Assembly (NCBI GenBank): GCA_964655365.1
Contig: CAZZMQ010000003.1
Span: 10,750-47,410 of the forward strand
DNA length: 36,661 nt
Direction of reading: 5' to 3'
Origin: an uncultured Dehalococcoidia bacterium
GTDB taxonomy: Bacteria > Chloroflexota > Dehalococcoidia > Bin125
Position 1 is the stretch's first letter, and each line of letters starts with the position of its first letter. Of this stretch, positions 8,879 to 22,540 are shown piece by piece. Under the pieces are notes generated by a model, which searched no databases, was not told the origin of the DNA, and was given only the letters and a program-made list of their open reading frames with translations. The translations under genes were made by a program, and so were the position numbers.

Positions 8879-9916
8879 CTACGGATCGGCCGGGCTCAAC
8901 AAGCCTTCGTCGGAGGGAAGATTGCGTCGGATCACGTCTAGATACTCAAGCGACAGACTGGCACCCTGGGCAACGCAACGCAGAGGGTCGTCCGCCACAT
9001 GGCAGGGCGCGCCAGTCTCCTCAGTCAACAATTTTTCGATATTGCGTAATAAAGCACCGCCTCCGGTCAAGACGATCCCGCGGTCGATTACATCCGCCGC
9101 CAGTTCCGGGGGGGTCTGTTCCAAAACGGATCTGATCACCTGCACAACTGCCGTGAGCGGCTCCTGCAGAGCCGTCGCAATCTCGTTCGAAGTAACCGTG
9201 ATCGTGCGTGGCAGCTGCGAAACTTGATCCCGGCCGCGAACTTGCGTACGGAGGGTATCCTCGATCGGCAGGGCGGAGCCGATCGCGATCTTCAAATCCT
9301 CCGCAGTACGTTCGCCGACGATCAAATTGTGGCGACGCTTGATGTACGAGGCTATCGCCTCATCGAAGCGGTCACCTGCGACGCGGACCGAGTCCCAAAC
9401 AACCATGCCATACATCGAGATCACAGCGGCCTCGGTGCGGCCACCGCCGATATCAACAACGAGATTACCGCGCGGCGTAGAAACAGGAAGCCCCGCCCCA
9501 ATCGCCGCCGCCAATGGCTCCGGGATCAAGTGCGCCGGGCGGCGCGCGCCGGCTTGCTCCGCGGCATCTCGTACCGCACGCTGCTCGACCGGAGTGACCC
9601 CGGCCGGCACTGAAATCATGACCTCGGGGCGTATAAACGAAAAGCGGCCAAGCACCTTGCCGATAAAGTACCGCAGCATCGCCTCGACGACGACGTAGTC
9701 CGCGATCACCCCCTCGCGCATGGGACGGATGACCGAGATCGATTCCGGGTTGCGGCCAATCATGCCGCGAGCGTCCTCGCCGACGGCGACAACAGCGTTG
9801 TCACGATGTGCCAATGCCACAACACCTGGCTCTTGCAGAACTACGCCGCGGCCGCGCACGGCGACCAGAATATTGGCCGTACCTAGGTCAATCCCAATTC
9901 GCTTACCAAAAACCAC
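8879..9916 (-). CDS. mreB: Rod shape-determining actin homolog MreB
   Basis: [14 protein letters not shown] phosphate-1 motif, [13 protein letters not shown], and [14 protein letters not shown]. 345 aa, GTG start. Confidence 0.95.
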   Translation of the reverse strand: MVFGKRIGIDLGTANILVAVRGRGVVLQEPGVVALAHRDNAVVAVGEDARGMIGRNPESISVIRPMREGVIADYVVVEAMLRYFIGKVLGRFSFIRPEVMISVPAGVTPVEQRAVRDAAEQAGARRPAHLIPEPLAAAIGAGLPVSTPRGNLVVDIGGGRTEAAVISMYGMVVWDSVRVAGDRFDEAIASYIKRRHNLIVGERTAEDLKIAIGSALPIEDTLRTQVRGRDQVSQLPRTITVTSNEIATALQEPLTAVVQVIRSVLEQTPPELAADVIDRGIVLTGGGALLRNIEKLLTEETGAPCHVADDPLRCVAQGASLSLEYLDVIRRNLPSDEGLLSPADP

Positions 9917-10021
9917 GCTGCGAGCTCGCCCTCACCTTGCCCCTATCTGGGAACACGGTCATGCATCCAAGAACTCCCGTAACGGTGCTCAGTGTATCGG
10001 AGCGGTCAGAGTCAGGCCCGC

Positions 10022-11320
10022 CTAGCCGCCCGGCGCATCGACGGAGGGAGTTGCAGGGGTGACATCCGCACCGAGTAAACGTAGCTTCTCGTCCAAACAC
10101 TCGTAGCCGCGAGCGAGATGCTGGGCATCCCGCAACTCCGTCATTCCGTCTGCCACCAGCGCAGCAATCACAAGTGACGCAGCCGAGCGGATATCCCGTC
10201 CGTAGACGATGGATCCCCGCAGCGGTGTCGGCCCGTGCACAATGGCGGTGGATCCGTCGACGTCGATCAACGCGCCCATGCGCCGCAGATCGTCCACGTA
10301 ACCGAGACGGTTCTCGAAAACGCGCTCGTGGACCTTGCTGTCACCCTCCGCCTGAGTCAGTAGCGTCGTTACCTGGGCTTGAAGATCGGTCGCCAATCCC
10401 GGGTAGGGCACCGCCTGAACGTTCGCGGCGCGCAGCTCCGGTGTGCCACGCACCCGCACCCGCACCACCCCCGACTCGATCGATTCCTCAACGCTGGCTC
10501 CAATCTCGCTCAGCTTGGCCAGGATTGCGTCCATCTGCCTCGGCTGCACACCGCACAGTTCCACGTCTCCACCGGTGATAACAGCCGCCGTCGCCAGTGT
10601 CCCTGCCTCGATTCGATCGGGAATCAAGGAGTGCTCGCACCCCCCAAGGGTCTCAACCCCATCAATCGTTATCGTGTTGTGGCCGGCCCCGACGATACGT
10701 GCTCCCATCTCATTCAGCATCGCCCCAAGACAGAAGATTTCCGGCTCCATCGCCGCATTGACGATCACGGTGCGCCCCTCGGCTAAGACCGCCGCCAAGA
10801 TAAGGTTCTCGGTACCCAACACGCTGGGGTAGTCCAACACGATGCGGGCTCCCTGTAGCCGGTCTGCATCGATTTCGAAATAACCGTTTTCATGGCGAGC
10901 GCGCGCACCGAAATTCTCGAAGCCGCGCAAGTGCACGTCGACGGGGCGTTGCCCAATTTCGTCTCCTCCGGGCGCAGCGCAGATCACCCGCCCCACACGA
11001 GCAAGCAGCGGTCCGGCAACCAAGAACGACCCTCGTAGGCGGTGCACAAGCTCGTCAGGTGGTGCGTCCGCTAGGTCAGCAGCGGCTATTATCTCGATCT
11101 CGTGAGCATCGGGATCGTAGCGGACGTCCGCTCCCAGAGATTGCAAGATTTGTGCCAAGTAGCGCACGTCAGCAATCGTGGGCACGTTGCGGAGGGTCAC
11201 GCGCTCGCGCGTCAAGAGCGCGGCCGCCATGCACGGAAGTGCGTCGTTCTTGCCACCACTGACCTGAACGCTACCGTTCAGGCGGGCACCACCCGCAATT
11301 TGGAGGATCGAGTCGCTCAA
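10022..11320 (-). CDS. murA: UDP-N-acetylglucosamine 1-carboxyvinyltransferase
   Basis: LQIAGGARLNGSVQVSGGKNDALPCMAAALLT N-terminus, an active-site loop bearing Cys (CAAPGGDEIGQRPVD), and ATDLQAQ. 432 aa, TTG start. Confidence 0.95.
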   Translation of the reverse strand: MSDSILQIAGGARLNGSVQVSGGKNDALPCMAAALLTRERVTLRNVPTIADVRYLAQILQSLGADVRYDPDAHEIEIIAAADLADAPPDELVHRLRGSFLVAGPLLARVGRVICAAPGGDEIGQRPVDVHLRGFENFGARARHENGYFEIDADRLQGARIVLDYPSVLGTENLILAAVLAEGRTVIVNAAMEPEIFCLGAMLNEMGARIVGAGHNTITIDGVETLGGCEHSLIPDRIEAGTLATAAVITGGDVELCGVQPRQMDAILAKLSEIGASVEESIESGVVRVRVRGTPELRAANVQAVPYPGLATDLQAQVTTLLTQAEGDSKVHERVFENRLGYVDDLRRMGALIDVDGSTAIVHGPTPLRGSIVYGRDIRSAASLVIAALVADGMTELRDAQHLARGYECLDEKLRLLGADVTPATPSVDAPGG

Positions 11321-11436
11321 AGCGCCACCGTCCGCTCACCCACTACTTACGCCACCGTAGCCGCGACCACCGGGGCCCACAAGCACAGCCCGAATTTCCA
11401 AGAAGCGATATGAGGTAACCGCGCGTCGCGCGCTCG

Positions 11437-11883
11437 CTACTCCGCGCCGCCAGCGTTGCTGGGCAGATCAGCGCGGCCTCGGCGTCGGCGTCGTTCGAGA
11501 ATCCGTAGCCGCATCATTGATCGACGCAACGCCGCTTCCGCCCTCGCGCGATCTTGGGTGGATTCGTCTCGCAAACGCTCCTCAGCCCGGACTCGAGCCG
11601 CCTCGGCACGCTCGAGGTCGATCTCGTCGCCTCGCTCTGCGGCATCAGCCAAGATCGTGACCAAATCGTCCTTAACCTCGAGAAAGCCACCGCTGAGAAA
11701 GAAGGGCATATCGGCGCTGTTCTTGCGAACAACTAATTCCCCTGGCTGCAAGGTAGTGAACATCGCCGCGTGGCTAGGGAGCACGCCCAGCTGCCCAAGC
11801 GCTCCTGGAGCGATTACTTCATCAATTCCGTCATCCTCGAAGAGCAACTGCTCCCCAGTAATGATTTCAAGCCTAAGTGGCAT
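11437..11883 (-). CDS. atpC: F1 ATP synthase epsilon subunit
   Basis: LEIITGEQLLFEDDGIDEVIAPGALGQLGVLPSHAAMFTTLQPGEL beta-sandwich region plus a helical, Arg/Glu-rich C-terminus. Last gene of the atp operon. Confidence 0.93.
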   Translation of the reverse strand: MPLRLEIITGEQLLFEDDGIDEVIAPGALGQLGVLPSHAAMFTTLQPGELVVRKNSADMPFFLSGGFLEVKDDLVTILADAAERGDEIDLERAEAARVRAEERLRDESTQDRARAEAALRRSMMRLRILERRRRRGRADLPSNAGGAE

Positions 11884-11933
11884 GAGCTGTTCTCCTGCTC
11901 GCCGTGCTGGCCTAGTGAGCCCCCCGACTAGCT

Positions 11934-13376
<1,443 letters not shown>

Positions 13377-13396
13377 TCAGAGCGTACTTGTCGCTG

Positions 13397-14071
13397 TCAG
13401 ACTGGCCGCTGATCGAGCCCTTGTTCAAGCCCTTGTTCGAGCCAAGTCAAATCAAACTCTTCCAATGAATCGATAATACGTGCGGCACCGGTCAATTTGA
13501 TCCCGGCCGTCATCTCGGTCCGCACCGCGATGACTTGCATACCAGCTCGACGCCCCGACTCGATCCCGGCCGGCGCATCCTCAATCACGGTGCAAACCCC
13601 AGGCTCCGCGCCCAGCTTAGCGGCCGCCGACAGATAGATCTCTGGGTCCGGCTTGCTTTGCTTTACCTCGTCGCCAGCAACAACCGCCTGGAAATTCTCT
13701 CGCATACCCAGCTTAGTCAAGGCTGTCTCCACCCAGTTGCGATTAGACGAAGAGGCCACAGCGCAGGGCACATCCGCCTCTTCCAATTGTTGCAACAACG
13801 CGTGGGCACCGGGCATCGCTTCCGCCTGGGTGCGGTATTGCTCCATCACTGCAAGGCCGTAGCGATCCGCGTAGTGGTCGTAGCCGTGTGCGAGACCGAA
13901 GCGGACACGTAGATCATTCCAGGTATGGTCCAACGTGGTACCGAGGTATTCCGTGTAGGTGACCATATCGAGTTCGACCTCTTCGTCGGCCAAGATTGCG
14001 TTCACGGCCGCAAAATGCAGCGGTTCGCCGTCCACTAGTACCCCATCCATATCAAACAAGACGGCCGGCAT
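13397..14071 (-). CDS. HAD-superfamily hydrolase (beta-phosphoglucomutase / sugar-phosphatase-like, subfamily IA)
   Basis: HAD motif I FDMDGVLVDGE, motif II VASSS, motif III K..KPDPEIY, and motif IV EDAPAGIESGRRAG. The ATG at 14071 is only 3 nt after the atpG stop codon. Confidence 0.85.
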   Translation of the reverse strand: MPAVLFDMDGVLVDGEPLHFAAVNAILADEEVELDMVTYTEYLGTTLDHTWNDLRVRFGLAHGYDHYADRYGLAVMEQYRTQAEAMPGAHALLQQLEEADVPCAVASSSNRNWVETALTKLGMRENFQAVVAGDEVKQSKPDPEIYLSAAAKLGAEPGVCTVIEDAPAGIESGRRAGMQVIAVRTEMTAGIKLTGAARIIDSLEEFDLTWLEQGLEQGLDQRPV

Positions 14072-14074
14072 ACG

Positions 14075-14965
14075 TCAGCCCAACGCTTCGACACCACCGA
14101 CGATGTCAAGCAATTCGATGGTGATCTGGTTCTGGCGGGCTTTGTTGTACTCTAGGGTGAGGTCGTCGATCATCTCGTTAGCCGCGTCGGTCGCGCTACG
14201 CATAGCCACCATTCGTGCCGACTGTTCCGAGGCGGACGCTTCCAGGATGGCTTGGTAGATCTGCATCTCCACATAGCGCGGCAACAACTCATCCAACACC
14301 TCCCGCGGGGACGGTTCGAAGATGTAATCGACCTCGCCCGAGGGACCATTCGAGCTCCGCTCCGCCTGTGGTGGCTCGACCGGCAGTACCTGGATCGTGG
14401 TGGGCCGCTGGTTAACCGTGCTCACAAATGAGGCGTATACAAGCAACACCTGGTCGACATCCCCAGCCAAGTAATCCTGCACCGCGACCGTCGAAATGGG
14501 GCGCGTCTCACCCAGCATGGGGTAATCGCCCAGATCCTGGAACTGAGCCCGGTAATTCAGGCCGAAGCGATGGAAGTACTCTAGTCCCCTGCGACCCACA
14601 GGTATCATAGAGACGTCTCCCGAACGCCCCGGGTTGAGCGCGATCTCGCCAGCGTGGCGCTGCAGATTAGAGATCAGTCCGCCGGCCAAGCCCCGATCCG
14701 GGCTGATGAGGATCACGGTGGTCTCATGCACCTCGCGGCGCTCTAGCAGGGGATGTAGGGCGCCACCGTCAGCGTCATCCGAGGCACCGGCAGTGGCCAG
14801 ATCGGCCAAGACGTGCCGCATCCGTTCAGCATAAGGTCGCGCCGCCAGCGCCCGCTCCTGCGCGCGACGCATCTTTGACGCCGCGACCAGCTGTAGGGCG
14901 TTCGTGATCTTGGCCGTGCTTTCGACGGAACGGATCCGTCGGCGAATTTCTCGAGTACTGGCCAT
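14075..14965 (-). CDS. atpG: F1 ATP synthase gamma subunit
   Basis: MASTREIRRRIRSVESTAKITNALQLVAASKMRRAQ N-terminus and ITIELLDIVGG C-terminus, both typical of gamma. Confidence 0.95.
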   Translation of the reverse strand: MASTREIRRRIRSVESTAKITNALQLVAASKMRRAQERALAARPYAERMRHVLADLATAGASDDADGGALHPLLERREVHETTVILISPDRGLAGGLISNLQRHAGEIALNPGRSGDVSMIPVGRRGLEYFHRFGLNYRAQFQDLGDYPMLGETRPISTVAVQDYLAGDVDQVLLVYASFVSTVNQRPTTIQVLPVEPPQAERSSNGPSGEVDYIFEPSPREVLDELLPRYVEMQIYQAILEASASEQSARMVAMRSATDAANEMIDDLTLEYNKARQNQITIELLDIVGGVEALG

Positions 14966-15017
14966 GATTCCCTAGCTAAATTCCTGAATCGAGATTTGCG
15001 ACTCTGATAGAGACGAC

Positions 15018-16547
15018 CTAAAAGGGCACGGTCTCTTTGAACGATCCCAAGGCAGTCCGCAGTGAGGCGGCGCTCTCGTCGCTAAGCTCACCGCTACTTT
15101 CTATCGCCTCCAAGATCTGGGGCTGATTGCTGTTTAGGTACTCGCGTAGAGACTTTTTGAAATCGCCTATTTTATTGACTGCGATGTCGTCGCTAAAGCC
15201 CTCGTTGACCGCGAAGAGGAGTGCCACCTGCTCGGCCATCGGCAGCGGCTCGTACTCCACCTGAATCAACAGTTGGCTCAAGCGCTGACCGCGCTCGAGC
15301 TGGTTTCGCGTCGCGTCGTCCAAGTCACTGGTGCCAAACTGAGCAAAAGCCTGGAGTTCACGGAACTGGGCCATATCGATCCGAAGCTGGCCGGCCACCG
15401 CACGCATCGCACGGCTCTGAGCCGAGCCGCCGACGCGGCTGACCGACGCGCCAGCATTGACCGCGGGACGCTGTCCAGAGTTAAAGAGGTCCGTCTCCAG
15501 AAAGATCTGTCCATCCGTGATCGAGATGACGTTGGTTGGGATATAAGCGGAGATATCGCCAGCCTGTGTCTCAATAATCGGCAGTGCCGTGATCGATCCG
15601 CCACCGTTTTCTTCGTTGAGCTTCGCGGCGCGCTCGAGCAGTCGTGAGTGAAGGTAGAAAACATCACCCGGATACGCCTCACGACCCGGAGGACGGCGCA
15701 GCAGAAGCGAGACCTGACGATAGGCCCAAGCGTGCTTGGATAGATCGTCGTAGATGACAAGGGCGTCCCGACCTTGCGCCATGATCCCTTCAGCGATAGT
15801 TACACCAGCGTACGGGGCGATGTATTGCTGCGCCGCCGAGTCAGACGAAGCCGCGTTGACAACGACAGTGTGATCCATTGCCCCGTTGCGCTCAAGCACG
15901 CTCACGAGCTGTGCCACCTTGGCCTGCTTCTGGCCAATCGCAACGTAGATGCAGACTAAGTCCTTGCCTTTCTGGTTGATGATTGTGTCCACCGCGACAG
16001 CCGTCTTGCCAGTCTGACGATCGCCGATGATGAGTTCGCGTTGACCACGTCCGATCGGAATCTGTGCATCGATCGAGAGAATGCCGGTCTGAACCGGCTG
16101 GTTGACGGGCGCGCGGGTCACCACGTTGGGTGCGATGCGTTCGATCGGACCCGTCTCACTCGTATCAATCGGACCTTTGCCGTCGATCGGCTCACCAAGT
16201 GCGTTGACGACGCGCCCGATTAGGCCGTCGCCAACCGGTACCTCGGCCACGCGACTCGTGGACCGAACTTCGTCACCCTCTTCAACAATCGTGCTGTCGC
16301 CCAAAATCACCGCGCCGACGATCTCCTCTTCGAGGTTGAGCGCCATACCCATGACGGGGCGACCACTCTCGTCGGTGCGCGGAAACTCCAGCAACTCGCC
16401 AGCCAAAGCACCGGAGAGACCATGGATGCGGGCGATGCCATCCCCGGTCTCCACAACGGTGCCCACCTCAGCGGAGACCGCTGCGGTATCGAAATCCGCG
16501 ATCTGCTGGCGAATGATGGAGGCGACTTCTTCCGGGCGGATGGCCAT
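15018..16547 (-). CDS. atpA: F1 ATP synthase alpha subunit
   Basis: Walker [11 protein letters not shown], and full-length alpha-subunit similarity across 509 aa. Confidence 0.98.
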   Translation of the reverse strand: MAIRPEEVASIIRQQIADFDTAAVSAEVGTVVETGDGIARIHGLSGALAGELLEFPRTDESGRPVMGMALNLEEEIVGAVILGDSTIVEEGDEVRSTSRVAEVPVGDGLIGRVVNALGEPIDGKGPIDTSETGPIERIAPNVVTRAPVNQPVQTGILSIDAQIPIGRGQRELIIGDRQTGKTAVAVDTIINQKGKDLVCIYVAIGQKQAKVAQLVSVLERNGAMDHTVVVNAASSDSAAQQYIAPYAGVTIAEGIMAQGRDALVIYDDLSKHAWAYRQVSLLLRRPPGREAYPGDVFYLHSRLLERAAKLNEENGGGSITALPIIETQAGDISAYIPTNVISITDGQIFLETDLFNSGQRPAVNAGASVSRVGGSAQSRAMRAVAGQLRIDMAQFRELQAFAQFGTSDLDDATRNQLERGQRLSQLLIQVEYEPLPMAEQVALLFAVNEGFSDDIAVNKIGDFKKSLREYLNSNQPQILEAIESSGELSDESAASLRTALGSFKETVPF

Positions 16548-16559
16548 AGCTGGCTCCTC

Positions 16560-17105
16560 TTAGCTAATGCTGCCGGCGATGTTTCGGCGGAGCCCTGCGA
16601 GCCGAGCTCGCACGCTGCCGTCCACGATATGATCGCCGATCTGAATAATCGCGCCGCCCAAAATGGTGCGGTCGGTCTGCTCACTGAGTTGTACTTCCGT
16701 CGCGCCGGTGGCACGCCGCACGGCGTCCACAACGGATGCGCGAGCGGCCCCATCCAGCGGCTGCGCTGTCGTCACTGCGGCTGCGGCGACGCCGCGCTCC
16801 GCGTTGACCATTTCGTTGACGGAGGCCACGACTTCAACGCCAAGCGCGCTGCGACGCTTGCGAACCAGCAGCTTGGCGAGATTACGCACCTGCGCAGGCG
16901 CGCCCTCGAGCGACTGGTCGATGATCTGGAATTTCGCCTCTTCGGTCACGCTCGAGTCGGCCAAGTAGGCCATTACCGTCGGCTCGGCGAACAGATCTCC
17001 CAACGCCTGCAATTGTGGGGCCCACGCATCGATCGCATCGGCCTCGCGCGCCAGATCCAGAACGGCCTGGGCATATCGTTTCGCGGCAGGATCCTGACGT
17101 GCCAC
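16560..17105 (-). CDS. atpH: F1 ATP synthase delta (OSCP) subunit
   Basis: AKRYAQAVLDLA N-terminus and GGAIIQIGDHIVDGSVRARL C-terminal motif. Lies between atpF and atpA. GTG start. Confidence 0.85.
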   Translation of the reverse strand: MARQDPAAKRYAQAVLDLAREADAIDAWAPQLQALGDLFAEPTVMAYLADSSVTEEAKFQIIDQSLEGAPAQVRNLAKLLVRKRRSALGVEVVASVNEMVNAERGVAAAAVTTAQPLDGAARASVVDAVRRATGATEVQLSEQTDRTILGGAIIQIGDHIVDGSVRARLAGLRRNIAGSIS

Positions 17106-17114
17106 TGGGACTCC

Positions 17115-17627
17115 TTAGTTCTGGCTTCCGTCGCTCGCGGTGAACGACGACTCCGCCAGGACTTCCTGGATTAACCGCTGGTGCTGTCCCGCATCGACAG
17201 ATTGGCCGATCACACGCTCCGCAGCTGTGATTGCCAGATCCGAGAACTCGGCTCTTAGCTCTGTGATCGCATGATCACGCTCCTGCTGAATCTCCGTCCG
17301 AGCCCGTTCGACGATAGCCTCCGCTTCCCGACGGGCGTTTTCCTCCGCATCGGCCTGCACGCGCTGCGCTATCTCCTGTGCCTGCGCTACGAGCGCTTGC
17401 GCTTCTTCGCGGCCACGCTGGACCTCCGCGGTCGCATCGACCTTGGCTTCCTCAGCTGCCTCCTGCGCCGACTCTGACGCCTTCAGGCCCTCTTCGATTC
17501 GCTTGCGGCGCTCATCGAGCACACGCTGCAGCGGCTTGAACAGGAAGATCCAAAGGATCAGTAACAAGATCCCGAAGTTCACGAACTGCGTGATCAGCCC
17601 CGGTAAGTTGATACCCAAGCCATCCAC
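17115..17627 (-). CDS. atpF: Fo ATP synthase subunit b
   Basis: A single N-terminal TM segment (FVNFGILLLILWIFLFKPL), then a long Ala/Glu/Arg-rich helix. GGAGGG Shine-Dalgarno before the GTG start. Positioned after atpE. Confidence 0.85.
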   Translation of the reverse strand: MDGLGINLPGLITQFVNFGILLLILWIFLFKPLQRVLDERRKRIEEGLKASESAQEAAEEAKVDATAEVQRGREEAQALVAQAQEIAQRVQADAEENARREAEAIVERARTEIQQERDHAITELRAEFSDLAITAAERVIGQSVDAGQHQRLIQEVLAESSFTASDGSQN

Positions 17628-17663
17628 GGCGACCCTCCGATCATTCTCTCACGGTCGACGAGA

Positions 17664-17684
17664 GGCCCGCCCAGGGGGCGGGCC
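17664..17684 (-). promoter_or_regulatory. Perfect 9-bp all-G/C stem-loop (GGCCCGCCC-agg-GGGCGGGCC) in the atpE-atpF intergenic spacer
   Basis: Read directly from the sequence. It sits in a 78-nt intergenic gap, and no U-tract follows it on the transcribed (minus) strand. It therefore looks like an intra-operon stabiliser or attenuator rather than a canonical terminator. Confidence 0.4.
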
Positions 17685-17705
17685 GTCGGTGCGGACGCGG
17701 TCGTC

Positions 17706-19609
<1,904 letters not shown>

Positions 19610-19655
19610 TCCGCTCCGCGCTTTCCCTGGACAATTAGGTGGCCAGCCGGTTTCG

Positions 19656-19886
19656 TTAGGACCCACGTCCTGCACGCAGAACATCGCGCAAGAGCCGGTA
19701 CGTGCCCCAGGCAGCTGCTGTCAGCCCTAGGATAAGCCCCAGCAGTACGAACAGCGGCTCCGTATTCAGCTCGCTGTCGAGCCAGAGCCCACCGATCGCG
19801 CCCAGCACGATGCTGGTGACGAAATACCAACCAATCCCTAGTAGTCCAAGGGCGGGCCGCAGTTGATTTCGCACTGCCGCCCCCAA
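19656..19886 (-). CDS. Small two-TM AtpI/AtpZ-like protein (ATP synthase gene 1 family)
   Basis: A 76-aa protein with two hydrophobic helices (LGLLGIGWYFVTSIVLGAIGGLWLD and LFVLLGLILGLTAAAWGTY). It lies immediately upstream of atpB, where atpI/atpZ normally sits. TTG start. The family call rests on position and topology only. Confidence 0.55.
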   Translation of the reverse strand: MGAAVRNQLRPALGLLGIGWYFVTSIVLGAIGGLWLDSELNTEPLFVLLGLILGLTAAAWGTYRLLRDVLRAGRGS

Positions 19887-20021
19887 AAGGGACCCGTTAA
19901 AATCTCGGGAAGACTATCACGCGTCCCCCGTAGCAACAACGAAATCCACCGAAGTCCAGCTGCGTACAATCGGCTACAAAAGTCGATCTAGCCGCGCCTT
20001 CCGCAATCGCCGGGGCCAGGG

Positions 20022-20573
20022 TCACTTCTCCCCGAAATCGTCCAGATCAAGTCCATCGATGAAATCACGGAAAGCCGACATGCCTTCCAATTCCTCTTCG
20101 CGCACCGGCGGTCGCGCCGACGGCTCACCGCTCGCACCGACGATACTGCCATCCTCATCCAGCAGGACACCTGCCTGGTCGAGTACTTCATCCTCGCAAA
20201 AGATCGGAGCATCTGTGCGCACCGCCAGCGCGATCGCATCGCTAGTACGCGAATCTATCTCTAGATCTTCGCCGTTCAGCGTGAGGTGAATGCGCGAAAT
20301 GAATGTGTCCTTTTCAATGTCGCTCACCACGATCCGCTGCACACCGGATCCAAGTTCACCAATCACGTTGGCTAGCAGATCGTGGGTCATCGGACGAGCG
20401 ACGCTGACACCCTGTTGCTTAAGCGCGATCGCGTCGGCCTCCGCCGCGCCAATCCAAATTGGCAGAAAGCGGTTACTGTCCTTCTCCTTGAGAATCACCA
20501 CACGGTTGTAGTTCATCAAGGAGACGCGGATCGCTTCGATGGTCATCTCTTGCATTCGCCGAGTCCGTGTCAC
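20022..20573 (-). CDS. Bifunctional nuclease family protein (DUF151/BFN domain)
   Basis: RVVILKEKDSNRFLPIWIGAAEADAIALKQQGVSVARPMTHDLL and SDAIALAVRTDAPIF are the BFN-domain hallmarks. The start is uncertain: GTG at 20573 or ATG at 20555/20546. Confidence 0.8.
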   Translation of the reverse strand: MTRTRRMQEMTIEAIRVSLMNYNRVVILKEKDSNRFLPIWIGAAEADAIALKQQGVSVARPMTHDLLANVIGELGSGVQRIVVSDIEKDTFISRIHLTLNGEDLEIDSRTSDAIALAVRTDAPIFCEDEVLDQAGVLLDEDGSIVGASGEPSARPPVREEELEGMSAFRDFIDGLDLDDFGEK

Positions 20574-20698
20574 CGGAATGAGTTAAGGCCCGCCTCAAAA
20601 GCGCGCGCGATATGCGCCCGCGACCAAAATACTTCAGGCGTGCCATCCCGGCAGACGTCAGGATACGCAGGCCTTGCTGGCCGCGCAACGCGTTCCGG

Positions 20699-22105
20699 TT
20701 ACGATTCCCCCGCTTCCCCTACGCCCGCTGGCAGCTCGCCCGGGCCAGGGCGATCCTTCGCGGCAAGCTTCCTCATGTAGACGCTGAAGAGCGCCATCAG
20801 GAAGGTCATTCCCGCGACGACAAAGAGCACGCGGGCCACACCGATCGTGTCCGTAAGTCCCCCGATCCCCAGCAGGGCAACCATCGAAACAGCGTTGGCC
20901 AGCATCAACTGGGCGGAAAAAACCCGGCCCCTCATGTCGGCTGGAGCCCGTTCATGCAGGACGGTCTGCGCCGGGGCATTGATCATCGCGTAAGCGATCC
21001 CCATCGGAAAGGCCAGGATCACCGTCACGACCACTAGCAACGACGTACCCAGAATCTGATCTGGTCCCAGCAAGTCCCAAGGCTGCTGGTCCTGTAAGAA
21101 ATCCACGAGGAAATCCACGCCCCCCATCGCGGCGATAGCGAGGCTCAGGCCGAACAGTCCCACCGTCACGATTCCGGTTGGCGAGTATCGTCGGCCCAAC
21201 ACGACGAGCAGGCGCAGAGCCATAATCGCACCCAGACCCACCGGCCAAAAAATGAACACAGAGTCATCAGGGTCCTGCAGCAAAACGTCCTTGACAAAGC
21301 GCGGGACCAGCAGGGCGAACATGAACAACAACAATCCGCCGGCGGAGAGCTGCAGCATCGCCAGCGTAGTCAGCCGGTCGCGACGGATGATTCCCCAGGC
21401 CTCCCGCAACTCGCCGGGCACACCGCGCGCCCGGTGTCTCCAAGACTCGCTTTCAAAGCCTCGCTCTGGCGGCAGAGGAGGCAGCCAGAACAGCACTGGC
21501 ACCGTCAGCATGATCGACACCGCCGCCAGGACATACGAAGCCTCGAATCCGAACAGTTTCAGCATCACCGGCGCAACCATCACCATGCCCACCAACTGGG
21601 CGGTAACCGTTGTCAGCTGGAAAACTGAGTTGGCCGAAAGTAACTGCGTACGCGGAACGAAGGCCGGCACTGCTGCTGCCGCCGCCGGCAGAAAAAATTG
21701 CCCCATCGTTGCCGCGACGAAGGCGACCGCATAGATCGACGCGACCGAAACGTCGGCGACGACCAAGAGCCCCGTCACAATCGCCCGGATGGCGTTCGTC
21801 ACAATCAGCACCTTGCGTTTGTCATAGCGGTCGACAACAAGCCCCGAAATGAGACCGAACACGACCGGCGGGGCCGCCATCGCAACGATCAGACCCGACC
21901 CAGCGATGCTGCTCTCGAAGCGATCTACGATCAGAATTAACAGCACGAACTGCAGCCCGGTGTTGATCGTCTGCGAGATCCCCTGTGCTGCCCAAAGCGC
22001 GACGAACTGTCGGTTGCTAAAGAGTCCAGGTGGATCCGATCCACCATCGCCATGCGACGGGAGATGTGCGCCATCGCCGAAGATGCGCCAGCGTCTAGTT
22101 CTCAT
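20699..22105 (-). CDS. MFS transporter (MFS_3 / enterobactin-exporter-like subfamily)
   Basis: 468 aa with about 12 hydrophobic segments, FSNRQFVALWAAQGIS near the N-terminus, VVDRYDKRKVL in loop 2-3, and an MRGRVF motif in the C-terminal half. Confidence 0.85.
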   Translation of the reverse strand: MRTRRWRIFGDGAHLPSHGDGGSDPPGLFSNRQFVALWAAQGISQTINTGLQFVLLILIVDRFESSIAGSGLIVAMAAPPVVFGLISGLVVDRYDKRKVLIVTNAIRAIVTGLLVVADVSVASIYAVAFVAATMGQFFLPAAAAAVPAFVPRTQLLSANSVFQLTTVTAQLVGMVMVAPVMLKLFGFEASYVLAAVSIMLTVPVLFWLPPLPPERGFESESWRHRARGVPGELREAWGIIRRDRLTTLAMLQLSAGGLLLFMFALLVPRFVKDVLLQDPDDSVFIFWPVGLGAIMALRLLVVLGRRYSPTGIVTVGLFGLSLAIAAMGGVDFLVDFLQDQQPWDLLGPDQILGTSLLVVVTVILAFPMGIAYAMINAPAQTVLHERAPADMRGRVFSAQLMLANAVSMVALLGIGGLTDTIGVARVLFVVAGMTFLMALFSVYMRKLAAKDRPGPGELPAGVGEAGES

Positions 22106-22138
22106 GTGCGATCGCTCATCGCAGGGTTCTCATGTCAT

Positions 22139-22540
22139 CTACCTTCGGGCCCGGCCACGACACCAGAGCTCGTTCGGATCAAGACTTACCCAACGCACCC
22201 AGGTCAAGGCAAAGATCGGCAGTACCGAAGTCAACCCGAACACAGCGCACACGTTCAGTAACTCCGTCAGCAGCCCGCTCGTCAGCGGCGGAAGAACCGC
22301 CACTAACCCAACCGCAAGGGTTTGCAAGGCGAAGATCTGTCCCTGCATCCGAACCGACATCTGCTTATTGAGGATGGCATCGGCTGTCACATTGACCAAG
22401 GCAGGACAACGCCCATCGGTAACAGGGTAGTCACCACGCTCCGGGACGCTGAATGCAGCTCGAACAGCCCTAGAGCACGGGCTCGCATAAGCAAATCAGC
22501 GCCCAGATTGACAACCGCGGCGGACAAGACCCAACTATGC
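22139..22540 (-). pseudogene. Frameshifted C-terminal remnant of a second, divergent MFS_3 transporter
   Basis: Two adjacent minus-strand frames align by eye to the last 100 or so residues of the intact transporter downstream. The first, ...VVTTLLPMGVVLPW, matches VVTVILAFPMGIAYAM. The second, VNVTADAILNKQMSVRMQGQIFALQTL..., matches INAPAQTVLHERAPADMRGRVFSAQLM.... No room remains for the N-terminal half before the DUF951 gene. Confidence 0.5.
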
